Shown: in pieces, positions 1 to 13,368 of the stretch
Layout of the letters: every line of letters starts with the position of its first letter
Numbering within the stretch: the first letter of the stretch is position 1
From: Antedon mediterranea
Taxonomy: Eukaryota > Animalia > Echinodermata
Direction: 5' to 3'
Length of the DNA stretch: 64,000 nt
Assembly (NCBI RefSeq): GCF_964355755.1
Contig: NC_092678.1
Location: 19,299,365-19,363,364, forward strand
Notes under the pieces: model-generated
What the model saw: the letters and a program-made list of their open reading frames with translations, nothing else
Told to the model about the DNA's origin: nothing
Databases searched by the model: none
Program-made: the position numbers and the translations under genes

Positions 1-3000
1 AATTACATGATGCGGTGTTGCAAGTTCGGGTATTTCACGGTGATTAGCCCAATATGTAGTGACGGTATCTTCTGGTACAAGGACCTGAAAACGTATACAG
101 TAATCAAATAAGTGTCCATGAGTGGGATGAAAGAGAAGTTATGGTTTGTGAGAAACGTGGAGAGAATGTACGCTATGTCTTTGCTAGGAAACTATGATGT
201 TAGGATACATACTTCACACAATGTGAAAAGTAACGAAATATTTATTTGGTTCCAGAGGTATTTCGTATTTGTTTGTGAAATACTGAATTAAAAACTCCAG
301 TTAGATTATCTTGTACAGTAAAACATGTTTCGTCTCTTAGCTGAACTGACTCGGTCTAGAGCAAAGACGTTCTCGTGGTGACATCATAGAAGGTTAAAAA
401 TCATAAGGTTTTTCGAGAACGTGAACACTGCCAATGTTTTTGTGAATGTTGTTAGAATGGGAAAGGAAATCGGACTTGGCAATCTTGATGTGTCTGGGTG
501 ATGCTATGATATCAAAAATAATACTACAGTACTACTTATTTTCGTTATCAGTAAAGCGTGGTTCCCACTAGAACGCAACGCAGCGACGTATCGCAGTGTT
601 GTATAGCGTAATCACACGCAGGCGGGGGCAAACACAATTATTAGAAGGGTATTTGCCTACGTTGCGTAGATTGCGTTAGTGGGAACCAAGCTTTAATAAT
701 AACCGGAAGGAAGGAACATATATGGAATATGGAAGGAACAATTGCCTTCATCATATTTCCAGAAGTCAATAACAAAACCAGTCAAATCTGAAGAATTATT
801 ACATCTGCATGTATGTATACTTACATTGTCCATTAAAATATCGAAACTTGTTGTGCCTTCCGGTAATTCGCTTACTTTTGACGAACCAACGTCAATAAAT
901 ACCACAGACTTAACACCCCGGCGTTGAGGGCCATGGTATACTGCAGTCTGTCTGCTATCAGGATCATCTGGATGATAGGACCAGATTACCCTGACTGTAT
1001 CAGACTTTGAAATTAAAAAAAAATCATTAAGTCGTCTGCAAAATATTTAAAATGTAAAGCTAGTAATTTAAATAAATGTGATTGCGTGTTCCTAGTAATT
1101 CGCATAAATGCAAAAAAAAACAAGCACGAATGTGCAATACTCGGGGTACAGCGAAAGAAGCTGTATACAGACGTATACAGTTAGAAAGTAAAGAAAAATA
1201 GGTTTCGCCAGGGCTCGAACCGGGACCTTCTGCGTCTTAAGCAGACTTGACAACCACTACACTACAAAACCTCTTACATTAAAAATGTGGGTTACAGAAA
1301 GTGTTTTAATCCATTTAAATTACAAATAAATGGTAATAAGCACAAAGCAAAATAAACATGTGTAAAAGTGATAATTACCGATTACACAAAATAAGTATTT
1401 TAAAAAATAATAAAAATAAGATATACTCTGTATAATTATCATATTGCGTATACAGTACTTTTCACCATAAAGTTAAAAAAAAAGGTTTCGTCCGGGCTCG
1501 AACCAGGTACCTTCTGCGTGTTAAGCAAACGTGATAACCACTACGCCAAGAATCCGCATATAACCATATAACTACATAACGCTGTGGTGTGTGTCACACA
1601 TTGTGGCTTCTTAATTAAACAAATTAATTAACAAAAAATTAAAAATCCGGCTCTATAGCTTTGAGGACATGTCCCTGTAGTATTTTCATGCCAAATCCCA
1701 GCTCAATACTATAACGAATAAGGGAGGAGTAGTACTTTAAAAATCGCACTTTTTACTCAATAGTGTCCATATGGAGGAAGAGGAGAAAATGAGTAAGTCC
1801 TAGACTCGGGTACCCCGAGTAAAAACACGAATGTGCGATACTCGGGGTGCAGCAAAAGAAGCTGTAATGACGTCATAAGGCGGGATGTGACGTCACATAC
1901 ACATCAATAACCTACCAAATACGGCTATATGGTACCATCTTCGAGACGTCATATGGCTGCATCCGGATTGAAATCTAAAAATCCGGCTCTATAGATTTGA
2001 GGACATGTCCCTGTAGTATATTCATACTAAATCCCAGCTCAATACTACAACTAATAAGGAAGGAGTAGTACTTTAAAAATCGCACTTTTTACTCAATAGT
2101 GTCCAGATGGAGGAGGAGAAAATGAGTAAGTACTAGACTCGGGTACCCCGAGTAAAAAATGAGTTATATATATATTGTCCATTCAATCTAGAAGTGGTTG
2201 TAATTGTGTATGTCGCGATTGAACCAATATCGAGCTTTCTTTTTGGACAAAAGTTATTTGAGTCTTCCTGTCAAAATCAATATATAATAATCAATAATTT
2301 AATCAATAAAACAAATTATTGTAGGTAAAATATACTGGTATGCTACTGTAAGGTATAATAAACTGAGATTTAAAAACAATCATTTAGGTGTTAAGGTTCA
2401 ATTATTTTACACAATACTTACAGTTATATCGTAATCATTGACGTCACAGGTAACCAATTTTCGCTGGTAGCCTATTGTTGTTAGACCATCAGCTTTACTA
2501 CCGTATAACTTCTTATAATCCTGTAGTGCATCAATTTTAGGTTCTTGGTTACCAATGCCGTGTCGATCCTTTAATATAAAACTGTTGATTATAAGCCTAG
2601 GTCAACGTTTATATATTTTAAGCGACTTAAAAAGGTATTTATTGGATTAGGTTTTATCTTAAAGGAAATGAGAGGATACTAGTCATGGTCAAATTTGATT
2701 GTATATCATTTTTAACACAGCTTTTTTTTTCATAGTTTTACATATTAGACTATTATATTTCTATATGCATTGTTTACCAGTCTAAAATATAATTAAAAAC
2801 TGTAACAATAATGATGAAAGCGTGGAAAACAATAAAGACATAATTTAAGACTTAACCAGTTGTCCAGAAGAATATTTTTTTACAGAAATCTACTGGCGCA
2901 TTTTGACTTACACAATAAATAAATTCAAAAGCTCTGCTTTCATGGAGGATTCTGGACTCTTTAGAAGCTCTACTCGACGCAATATGCCAACAGGGACAGT

Positions 3001-3456
3001 ACTTTATAATAAAATCAGATTTAAAATATACGTAATCTGAAGCCAAATCTTTGTTTTTGGTCTTAATGTTCAAAATGCCATGGATCATAGCATTGGTATG
3101 ACTTTGACTATATCGTTGCATTTTATAAATTCATGTTTTTATAAGCCAGAAATAATTCTTACCGAAATGAATGGTGTACCATCAACAACCCAAGCCATCA
3201 TGATGTCTGCTCCTTTCATTCCTCCATTACTGTTAAGACCAATCCCAAAGTAGCCTGTAGTATTAGCACGAACCTCGAATATAATATTATCATCTTCAAC
3301 TTTCCAAAATAATTGAACGTTTTCTTCGCTATCAAGAAACACGTTGTGATTAAATTTCATCTCACCAAACACAACAAGAGTGCAGAGCAAGAAAACCAGA
3401 GTATTCGACATTAGAGTCATTATTAACGAAAACAAAATCGATAAACTTCGTTTCAT
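1..3456 (-). CDS. MOXD1: DBH-like monooxygenase (MOXD1-like), copy A, 5' part; runs off the left edge
   Basis: GT-AG exons 3163-3456, 2422-2568, 825-1004, <1-84. They translate to a signal peptide, a DOMON domain (GYFGIGLNSNGGMKGADIMMAW, DRHG, TCDVND, TVRVIWSYHPDDP) and the start of the Cu-monooxygenase domain (TTYWANHREIPEL..HHVI). The start Met could be 3456, 3420 or 3411. Confidence 0.9.
552..695. mobile_element. MITE with terminal inverted repeats
   Basis: TAAAGCGTGGTTCCCACTA ... TAGTGGGAACCAAGCTTTA; absent from the paralogous intron of copy B. Confidence 0.75.
1201..1271 (-). pseudogene. tRNA-Val-derived pseudogene
   Basis: Reverse complement GGTTTTGTAGTGTAGTGGTTGTCAAGTCTGCTTAAGACGCAGAAGGTCCCGGTTCGAGCCCTGGCGAAACC resembles tRNA-Val. 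The D stem and T stem are damaged and the anticodon is altered. Confidence 0.7.
1484..1555 (-). pseudogene. tRNA-Val(AAC)-derived pseudogene
   Basis: Reverse complement GGATTCTTGGCGTAGTGGTTATCACGTTTGCTTAACACGCAGAAGGTACCTGGTTCGAGCCCGGACGAAACC followed by a T-run; A and B boxes present; two acceptor-stem mismatches. Confidence 0.7.
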
Positions 3457-4643
3457 GAACTCTTCAGAAAGATCTGCCAGTAAGAAGTACGGTAAACAAC
3501 GTAAACGCTTTAACTAACTTTGAAAGGCCTTCGGTCTTCCGATGTTAGTGAGCTTTTGCATCGTGACGACGGACGTAGAAGAAAGGAGATCGTGATTATA
3601 GAAAAAATGCGCATGCGTATTAGCCCAGTATACACTGTTCCGGACAACTTACAAAGAAGGTAGGTCACACTCTATACCTCGACACAGGTTTAGTTGTTTC
3701 TGAGTCCAGAAAAACTCGAAGATGTGTAGATCCAAGATAGTGGAAAATCCAAACCTCCCTAATATTTATTAGCTCTTAACCAGATTACCACTTTAAAATG
3801 GTCTTACACAAATAACAGATCAGAATTTACCCAATAGACGTGTTACATGCATCATACCAATCTATCCCTCGCTATTTCTGCACATTTCCAAGTCGAGTAA
3901 CTTGATACAAACAAACGGACAACAGCGGTTGATTTCAATATAGCAATGCTTCATGTGGTGCCAAGGACGATACAATAATTATTATAGGTATAGGTATATA
4001 TATATATATATGTATGTATGTATAGAGGCACTTGATAAATTAAAATATATATATATATATCTTATTTTCGGAGGCGCTTGACCTATTACAACATATGACA
4101 AATGTTTCTATTCTACCTTATTTGTGATAGCTGTATTTGTTGAAACTATTGCGATATGAGACAAGGTAAATAAATATTGAAGGCTCTAAATATTTCGTTT
4201 ATACAAGATATATATTCAAGTGACGTGAAATGATTGATGGTACAAAATATCTTTTTTTATTAGTATTATTTATAAAATCTGCGCATGCGTAAGTAGGCCT
4301 ACAATCGTCAAACGAAAACAGTAACTGAATGGTATCGAAACACGGAGAATAGATAAATGTGCGCAGAATAATTATGAAGACAAAAGGTAAATTTTAAGTT
4401 ATATTTAAATTTTTTTAAATAATCCTCTGATCACCAAATTGTATTGACTAATATTAGGCATAGGTCATAGGACATGGGTTTGGTTTAATAGAAGTGTGTG
4501 TGTGTGTGTGTTTGTCCAACCAATGACGACCTTATGTCCTCAATCATGAGGAAGTTTAACAAAAAGTATAAGTAAAAAGTGTCATACATTGGACCTTCTT
4601 TTAAAAAGTAACAGACAGCATGTTATAGAACACTATAGCAAGA

Positions 4644-7600
4644 TTATATAAACGGTAAAATAGCTAAGATAAACACAGTAAACAAAGATCCCTTTGAACT
4701 TGTCGAACGGGAACACTTGTTTTCTTCAACAATTTCATTCTGAATGTCAATCAAATTGTCCAAACTTTTCGTCTCAACATAACCATATCGTCTCATCTAT
4801 AAGAAACATATTATAAGTTATAATGCAATTGTGCCAAATAAGTTTTTAGATAGCGAGGTTTCATTTTCTACGGGGTGGAGACATTTATTTTACCACGCAA
4901 ACGCAGAGTGTTGACTGGTAAATATTCTGTATACAAAGATCTATTAATAGCAACAATTGATTAAATCAGGCATAGCGTCTACTTTCATCATATTCATCAT
5001 TTTAGAAAATCTTTAAACACATTATTATTATTAACAGGTTTTAGTTTTATGAAATCAGAAGGGAAAATTTCGCTAATTGCAGTCATAGAATTTCATTTTA
5101 AGTATATCCCTCATGTAAACTGTATATAAACATTATAAGCATACCTCCTCTACAAATTCATCCTCGTGAAATGCATTGTGACCAGAATGGTTTGTACAGC
5201 AAGACATACGGGGCGCTTCTTTCCACCACTTTCCTAAAATATCCACTCTTTCCGTTGTCCAATCTAACTTTTGTAAAGCTTCACTGAAGCTTTTGATGTT
5301 CCTAACATTAAGAAAACGGGAAGGAAAATGCTATTATGATAACTTATTACCATATTAAGCGCTAATTTAATGTATTCAATTGTTTTTTTTATTTTTATAC
5401 AAAAATGCAGCTTACAATATAATTCTCCTAGTCTAGGTTCTATAATCCGTAAAACGATAATCGTGCACATATGGCGCGTCATATTAGTTTCGGGCAAAAA
5501 TATATCAAAAAGTGAGGATTCGCTGCGTGAGGCTCGTAAAGAAATATTAACTTGAAAAAGACAATAACTAGACTTGGGCTAACTCTATTTACCTCCTAAT
5601 GTAAAAAGCAAGCCTTCTTTTGTATTTCGTATCTAACTTTATTATGCTACTTGCCATAACTCTGTTAATTTCACGGCCGGTAGAGTGTTCAATTATTATT
5701 TACTAACATACTATAGTCGATAAAACTACAACGTAAGAATCTGCATCGAAAAGCATTGTGGGATAGAATCGGGGTGTTTTAAGTCATGAATTAGCACGCC
5801 CTCTACATATTAGAAAGGTAAAACATTGTCTGTAATGTAGAGGAGATAGACATACGGGACATTTCGACCCAGTACTTCCAATACAGTAATATATTATTTT
5901 CAATGCAAAATTGACAGACAGGAGGTTTTTGTGTATAGGTTTTCTGATAGTATGTAGGCCACGCCTAGTAAGTACAAATTCATACATACAAAAACATTCA
6001 TCTGTACTGACTGGTAGATAATTGGATCATTCAAGCGGGGTTCTTCTTTTTAAAAAGTACAAACAAATTCTTTTTACAGTGCTCAAATATTACTCACTTT
6101 GTGACACCTAAATTAAGATTTTCTTCTAAAGTACTTGGCTGTGGAATACTGTAACATTTTCCAGCATTAGCTTTTGGATAGTAAAATAAGAAAGCAAGGC
6201 ACATTTCTTCCGATGTCGCCAATCCTCCCTAAAAAATTGCAATACGGTATTTGTTTTAATTTTATTATCTAGCAAACGTTGTTTACTAGGTTACAGCCAG
6301 CGATTCCTCTTGGTATTCGTCAACAGAATAACATTTTGGCACAGATGGCATTTTATACATAATAGTTTCGTGAGCTCACTGCTACTAAAAATAGATTAAA
6401 CCTTCTTTATGTTTTTGTCATACTCACATAAGTAACATTTGTTCTGCCCATTGTATTATATGTACACTCTACTAATAGATCATCTTCCTGCACAGTTATA
6501 TGAAATGAGATCAGTAAAGTAAGATAATTTATTAAGACTTACTTGCAAAAATTATATTCATAAATACATTTTATAATTCTCAGAATTAATAAGTTCTGTC
6601 TGTCTCTGCTACACTACCAAACTCTATGTAAAGTGATGTTCCCATATATGGACACGATGTTTTCACATCACTACCATATTAGGCACATCACATATTTTTT
6701 GTAAACTAGTTTGAAAGTGTAGAAAGAGCTACAGCAATAAATAAAGTTACCAAAAAGCGTATGATAATGTCATTATAATTTATATTTATATTGTTACTAC
6801 ATGTGTTATTGTTTATTGTAAATGTTTATTCTTATGGTGTTTTTATCCTTAAGGGCCACAATGGAAATAAGTTTGACCTTTGGTTACTTTTTTGTGTTAC
6901 CCTGAATTCATTCTTTGTATTTTTTTTTTTATGTTGTGTTATTTTATGAATTCGAATAAAGAAATGAAAATGAAAAAATGTCGTGTAGGTTCTATGCTGT
7001 TTTCTAAAACTTAATTATTAGTATAAATATACATATTATGGCACAAGTCTAAACATCATCATACAATATCTAAAAAAACTAAAACCAACTATATAAAACT
7101 CAACATAATTGTATTAGGCCTACCTTTTTTGAACAAGAAAATAATGTTACATTACCGGTTTTACTATCCAAGGCTCTTTTAGGTAACGGATTTCTTGAAG
7201 ATCAAAGTCGTAGGTGGAATCTTTTGAAATTTCTCCAATGTATTTTCCGTTTCTATAATGTGTGGCACGAATTCCAACTCCTGTAAAACAAGTAATTGTG
7301 TACAATTGTGGCATTTTATCATACTGTTTCGTTGACATTGATAGTTTGATGAAAATTTTAAAAACATTGTAGTATTTATAAATACTTTTTTTTAAATATC
7401 TAAATAACGTTGGTAAGGTAATCAACTGGATAGTTAAAAAAAGGGTTAGAAGAGAGGAGGGACGAGAAGAGAAGAGAATAGAAAGAATGAGAAGGGAAGG
7501 AGTAAACTTAGAGGAAAAGGGAGAAAAGAGGGTACAAGAGGAGAAGAGGGATGAGAAGAGCTTAGAAGAGAGGAGAGATGGGTAAGATGAAAGGAGTACT

Positions 7601-10600
7601 TAGAAGAGAGGATAACTGAGGAGAGAGGAGAGGTGAGTGGAGAGGAGATGAGAGGTGAGAATAGAGGAGGGATGAAAGGTGAGAAGAAAAGAGGATGAGA
7701 AGAGAATGGATGAGAGGAAATAAGAGGAAGGATGAATAGATGAGAAGGAATGATAGGTGGGGTGAAAAGAGAAGAGAGTTGTGAGAAGTGAGAATGAATG
7801 AGAAGATAATTCAGGGAGATTAGAAGAAAAAAATGGGTAAACAGAAAAAAATTGATGAGAGAAAGCTGTTGGAAGAGAGGAGAGGTGAAAACAGAGGAAA
7901 GTTTAGAAGAGGTAATGGGTGATGTTTGATGGTACTGCGACATGTAGTTTGCGTACGAAGAAAAACAACAAACCTGCTAAATGTGCATGGAGAAAAACAC
8001 CAAATATCTTCATGTCGCCTTCTGTAAGTAGCTACAATATAAAAGTAGGTTTTTTGGATAATTTAAAAAAAAAACTAACAGAAAACATGAAATAATAAGT
8101 GATCGCAATATCTACCTCTTTTAAACACCTTGTAGTACAGGCTCCGTAGACTGGAAAAGCATCTTGTTTTGGTGGGATTGGAAAAAATTTTGAAGTTGAC
8201 ACACCTACCGTCAGCATACTTGAATCATACTGCTGGATATTAGACGTGTAATAAATTCGAACACCAGAGTTATCGTAAACTCCTAAAACCAAACAAAGAG
8301 TAAAAATATCTCAGAAAGATGGTTCCCATCAATATTCCTCTGACGTCAATTACTGAATACTGAATACTGAAATGCTTTATTTGTCCATCATCATCATAAA
8401 ATAACAACAGAAATTCTTCTTGAAGATTGACAATTATTAGTAAAATAATAAATAGATATACAATAAAATATATTATGTACACACACATAATTGCACAAAA
8501 AAATATAAGTTATGAAACAAAAAAATTAAAAACAAAAACAAAATGTATTTGTACTTTATTAAAACACTGGCTTCCTACAATAGAATAACGTTTACTGGTA
8601 TCTCGTACTTGCAATGCTGTTTATTCATTACCTCATTCTAAAACGTAATGATGTGCACGCATAAATAAATGTAACTAGCGCCATAATAGGATACTGCATA
8701 ACATATTGTAACTAGCGCCATCATAGAATACAGCATAACAGATTGTAACAGTGCCATCATAGAATACAGCATAACAGAATGTAACCAGTGCCATCATAGA
8801 ATACAGCATAACAGATTGTAACTAGTGCCATCATAAAATAAAGCATAACACAATGTAACTAGAGCTATCATAGAATACAGCATAACAGATTGTTACTAGT
8901 GCCATCACAGAATAGAGCATAATAGATTGTAACTAGTGCCATCATAGAATACAGCATAACAGATTGTAATTAGTGCCATCATAGAATACAGCATGACAGA
9001 TTGTGACCAGCGTCCCAGAATACATATTAACAATATTCAGTGGCGGATCTGCATTTATAGAAGGTCCATAGGTTCTTTGCTATCCGTGAGACATAAAAAT
9101 ATATTCAACAATTTATTCAAACTCAATGAAAAACGATGTATTACCTTTACGTAACTGTGCATTATTGTAGTGAATTGTAAGTTGCAAAAACTTGACTGGA
9201 TCTTCTCCAGCTATTTTATAACCAACGTTTTCTGGAAACTCTAAAGGCTGAATAAATACACTTGTTGTTAGCCACTAATTCAACCATTGACAAAAAAACA
9301 AGAACATTAGGTACAGTTCCTTTTCAATAACTTAAACCGAGACAGTTATTTTGAAGAAAACCATACGTTAACAGATTATTCTAGTGAAGTCAGTCATTGG
9401 AAAACAACAAGATTTTAGTACGAAAGCAATGACTTACCCCTCCCCCGACAGCCCATGCATAAATCATTTTAGAACACGCACTGTACTTATACATAGCATC
9501 AAAGTAGTGCAAACTCCTATTGCCAGTGATGTTTGTAAGTCCGTAGCATTCTTTTAGAACTAAATGATGAACGATTCCTTCATTACCAGGCTGAACGATA
9601 GGCTCAATCTACAAGAAATGTCGGTCAAATATATGTAAGTGTATTTAAACGAAACATTTCTCATTAGAATAATCAGTAAAATGATTAGTCTTTTGAAACA
9701 CGCTCTAAAAAATAGAATTGAACTTTGATATCTTCATCAGTGCTGTCATTCCCCTGACCCATGTAATGATAATTATTATTCTTACCCGAATTACATGATG
9801 CGGTGTTGCAAGTTCGGGTATTTCACGGTGATTAGCCCAATATGTAGTGGCGGTATCTTCTGGTACAAGGACCTGAAAACATATACAGTAATCAAATAAG
9901 TTTCCGTGAGTGGGATGAAAGGGAAGTTATGGTTTGTGGAGAGATTGTCTCTGCTAGGGAAATAGTGGTGTTATATATACTAGAAGTATTTCGTATTTGT
10001 TTGTTTGTGGAAAGAACAATTGCCTTCATCATATTTCCAGAAGTCAATAACACAACCAGTCAAATCTGAAGAAATTTCATCTGCATGTATGTATACTTAC
10101 ATTGTCCATTAAAATATCAAAACTCTCAGTGCCTTCCGGTAACTCGTTTACTTTTGACGAACCAACGTCAATAATTACCACAGACTTAACACCCCGCCGT
10201 TGAGGGCCATGGTATGCTGCCGTTGTTCTTTCGGGATCATCTGGATGGTACGACCAGATTACCCTAACTGTATCAGACTTGGAAATAAAAAAAAATCATT
10301 AAGTAGTCTGAAAAATATTTGAAATGTAAAGCTAGTAATTTACATAAATGTGATCGCGTGTTCCTAGTAATTTGCATAAAATGATGCGTGTTTCTATTAA
10401 TTTGCATAAAGTTGATTGCGTGTTCCTAGTCATTTACGTAAAGGTGATTTATTTAGTGTTTATTTGAGTTCGTAACCTTTTGTTAAAATAATAAATGTGT
10501 TGGTCAAAATGCAATAATGCATTCGAGTTGTTGTTTTATTGGCCATTGATGGTAACGGAAACTCCCCAACAAAGTATAAGAATTCACGTGACGAGATTAA

Positions 10601-11519
10601 CAGTAGATCCACAAGTCTTGTTACCAGAACTTGGAATAAATAGGTTAAAGTCCATGCCTTTAATACAAATACATATAATTTTCATGATACTAAGCTATAT
10701 ACTATACGATTTTAAATAAAAAGACCCTTTAAGTAAAAAGTGAATAGCACATACTTACAGTTATATCGTAATCATTGACGTCACAGGTAACCAATTTTCG
10801 CTGGTAGCCTATTGTTGTTAGACCATCTGCTTCACTTCCGTATAACATCTCGTAATCCTCTAGTGTATCAACTTTAGGTTCTTCGTTACCAATGCCATGT
10901 CGATCCTTAAATTACAATCTTTAGTTCGTAAAACTATAATTATGTAAAGATGATATAAAAAGCTCTGTCTACACTACCAAACTTTATGTGATAAAAAAAA
11001 TGTGATGTGCCCATAATGGATATGATGATGTGTCATATCATTTGGGCACATCACACTTTTTTGTCAAACTAGTTTGATAGAGTGTAAGCATTATTTGGAA
11101 AGCAATAAAGACATACATAATAGAAGGAATACTCTTTATTTAATATATACTTACAGAACATGCCTATTGATTTGTAAGAAATGTTAACTTTGTAAAATGT
11201 TATACCATAAGTAACCTTCTCGGAAATACAGGGCACAACCAGTGGAAAGAAATCGTTCCCTTACCGAAATGAATGGTGTACCATCAACAACCCAAGCCAT
11301 CATGATGTCGGCTCCTTTCATTCCTCCATTACTGTTAAGCCCAATCCCAACGTATCCAGTTGTATTCGCACGAACCTCGAATATAATTGTATCATCTTCA
11401 ACATTCCAAAATAATTGAACGTTTTCCTCGCTATCAAGAAACACGTTGTGATTAAACGTTTTGTCACCGAAAACGCGTAGAGCGCAGAGCAAAAAAAGTA
11501 GAATACGCGTACGCGGCAT
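4644..11519 (-). CDS. MOXD1: DBH-like monooxygenase (MOXD1-like), copy B, complete, about 596 aa
   Basis: 13 in-phase GT-AG exons: 11265-11519, 10759-10905, 10101-10277, 9786-9872, 9438-9608, 9145-9247, 8116-8282, 7974-8031, 7156-7280, 6428-6487, 6098-6228, 5145-5301, 4644-4796 (1791 nt). Signal peptide, DOMON domain, CuH ligands (VHHL, IHYNN), CuM ligands (LHAHL, EEMC) and a hydrophobic C-terminal tail. Confidence 0.93.
6592..6731. mobile_element. MITE family AGCTCTGTCTACACTATCAAAC (degenerate copy)
   Basis: Matches the cleanest copy at 24720-24864. Confidence 0.65.
6850..6975 (+). mobile_element. Probable 3' tail of an L2/CR1-group LINE
   Basis: GGGCCACAATGGAAATAAG...TTGTGTTACCC stem, then a T-rich tract, AATAAA and a (GAAAAT)n tail. 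Confidence 0.4.
7445..7920. repeat. Purine-rich (GA) low-complexity tract in a MOXD1 intron
   Basis: About 470 bp almost entirely G/A on the + strand. Confidence 0.85.
8670..9020. repeat. 37-bp minisatellite, about 9 copies
   Basis: Unit GTAACTAGTGCCATCATAGAATACAGCATAACAGATT. Confidence 0.9.
10960..11086. mobile_element. MITE family AGCTCTGTCTACACTATCAAAC copy
   Basis: AAGCTCTGTCTACACTACCAAAC ... GTTTGATAGAGTGTA. Confidence 0.7.
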
Positions 11520-12728
11520 TATCGGTAAAAATATCAACGAAAACTGCAGGACTGGACAATTATGTACAAGTGCGTGATTTTTTACAGTGTGCAATGTTAT
11601 ACGCTTGGATTAATCATGATAATCTAGATAAGATACTTCCGATACTGTTTTTTACATTACACGTTTTAAGAATATAGGCATGCATTGTTGCCGATGGGTG
11701 ATCCTAAACCGGAAACGTTAGATTCATGGAATTATCATCAGGTTCATATCTTGGCTTTATTTGTCTGTCTTGGAGTTCCGATTTAGCCCATAACGTCCGA
11801 AGGCTGTATTCTTGAACACATTGGTAACTTCCCTAATATGTTCAGCTATCTAAATGTCGCCTAATTAAAAGTACACCTTAGATTTAAGATTATTAAACCT
11901 TCTTATGGAGTAATGCTAGGCTAGTCAAGTTAAAACGAATAATAACCAAATATTGTCTAAGTTGATACATGGAGTTGACTCCATGGTTGATAGTTCCCGA
12001 ATCTACTTTGACGCTTCGGAAGTTCATGATATTATGACACACTTTACTATAGTGTTTAGTGCCATAGTCATGAGAAAAAGTGGACGTCCGGTGGTTGTTG
12101 CAAAAAAAGGGGACATTCTGTATGTGGATCACAGGGTTCTTAAAGGCCTCTGTGAAAAGGTTACTATACCTTATTTCATAAATTATTTGCTGAATTTTGT
12201 TTTCACGATATTAAAAATATGAATTTCGGTATGTATTTACCATTTTATAGGGACGCTTTTTTTCTTCTGTAACAGGACTTACATTTTACTTCGCGTCTTT
12301 GCAAACGTGGTATTAAGATGACGAACCGGCTTAATAATATGTTACACAATATATACCAAACGTTTCGAAGACCAGACTTATTAGGCCAGGCATATTAGAC
12401 CAGACATATCGAACCAACCAAAGGGTGTCCGGTATTGAAAGAGTTTACTGTAGTACAGTCGTATACAAAAAGTATTTTAACGATATTTTTTTGCAAACTT
12501 TAACCGTGCTATTACCTTTTTATGTTATTGCTAATCAACATTACAATTTTAAAAAGTAGGCCCCTATTATGTTTAATGTGGGTTTTATGTAAAATAATGC
12601 AAGTTTCTATTGTTTATCTGATATATCAATAAAAACATTTTTTGATTTTTGTATTATTCTCATTTAATAATTGGTGGTTCTGTGCTAATATTATCTCTAC
12701 AACGTTCAATATTACCAGGTTTTCTAAA

Positions 12729-12868
12729 CTACAAAATGGCAAACGCTAGAATAACACAGAAAACAACGATAAAGAAAGATCCATTTTAACGGATGTACTG
12801 AGAACATTTGTCTTCTTCTACAATTCCATTCTGAATGTCAATCAAATTCTCCAAACTTTTCGTCTCAA
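12729..12868 (-). pseudogene. Orphan terminal exon of a third MOXD1-like copy
   Basis: Reads ETKSLENLIDIQNGIVEEDKCSQYIR*NGSFFIVVFCVILAFAIL*, homologous to the copy B last exon (ETKSLDNLIDIQNEIVEENKCSRSTSSKGSLFTVFILAILPFI*). It is 5'-truncated and has an internal stop. Confidence 0.85.
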
Positions 12869-13136
12869 GTTATTTGAAATGGTACATTCCAATTACAAAG
12901 GCTTCGAGTACCACGTGGTGCGGTTCATGACAACTCATCGTCACCGTCTTTATTATGTAACAGCACTGTATGTGTGCATTTACACTATATTTGGCGAAGT
13001 TAAACCTTTTTGACAGGACCAAAATATTTTTTTAAAGGCTGTACACACCAGGACTAGTTCTATGATGAAAAATTTCAGATTTATTTTGTTTTATGTAGGA
13101 AAATGTGTATCTTTTTGTCGACGCGTCGATCATTAT

Positions 13137-13368
13137 CGAACCCACGACCTTCAGATCACTAGCCTGGCGTTCATAGGCCTACCTCTCTAGAACACAAAGC
13201 TTGCGCTGATGGCTACGGGTTAGATTCGCGCCCAAATAAGCAGCTGGTACTTCACCAGGATTGCAATTGTTTGTATTTGTAGAGTAGTTTCGCGTCAGGA
13301 TGTGCCGAGTAATTGGTAAGATGTTTTGCCCTACTCTGGCATAATTTATACTTTATATTAAGTACATT
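13137..13368 (-). mobile_element. tRNA-cored interspersed repeat (same family as 30565-30754)
   Basis: Shares CGAACCCACGACCTYCAGATCACTAGCCTGGCGTTCATA and AGATGTTTTGCCCTACTCTG with 30565-30754. Confidence 0.7.

Larger units (their letters stand above)
1112..2158. mobile_element. Tandem pair of non-autonomous Helentron/HINE (DINE-1-like) elements
   Basis: Each unit (about 1118-1823 and 1822-2158) has a 5' subterminal ATACTCGGGGTRC and ends in the palindrome ACTCGGGTACCCCGAGT followed by an A-run. The last ~180 bp of the two units are near-identical. Not present in the equivalent copy B intron. Confidence 0.6.

Noticed and set aside
320-360. Hammerhead-like GAGUC...GAC GAAACAUGU on the minus strand (a similar half-motif lies near 12358)
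   Set aside because: The CUGANGA box is absent or corrupted.
1201-1555. Functional tRNA-Val genes
   Set aside because: Stem mismatches and location inside a mobile element.
7446-7943. 165-aa Ser/Leu/Phe/Pro ORF
   Set aside because: By-product of a GA-rich intronic tract.
11893-12222. Overlapping 79-aa and 89-aa ORFs upstream of MOXD1 copy B
   Set aside because: No recognisable motif or splice context.
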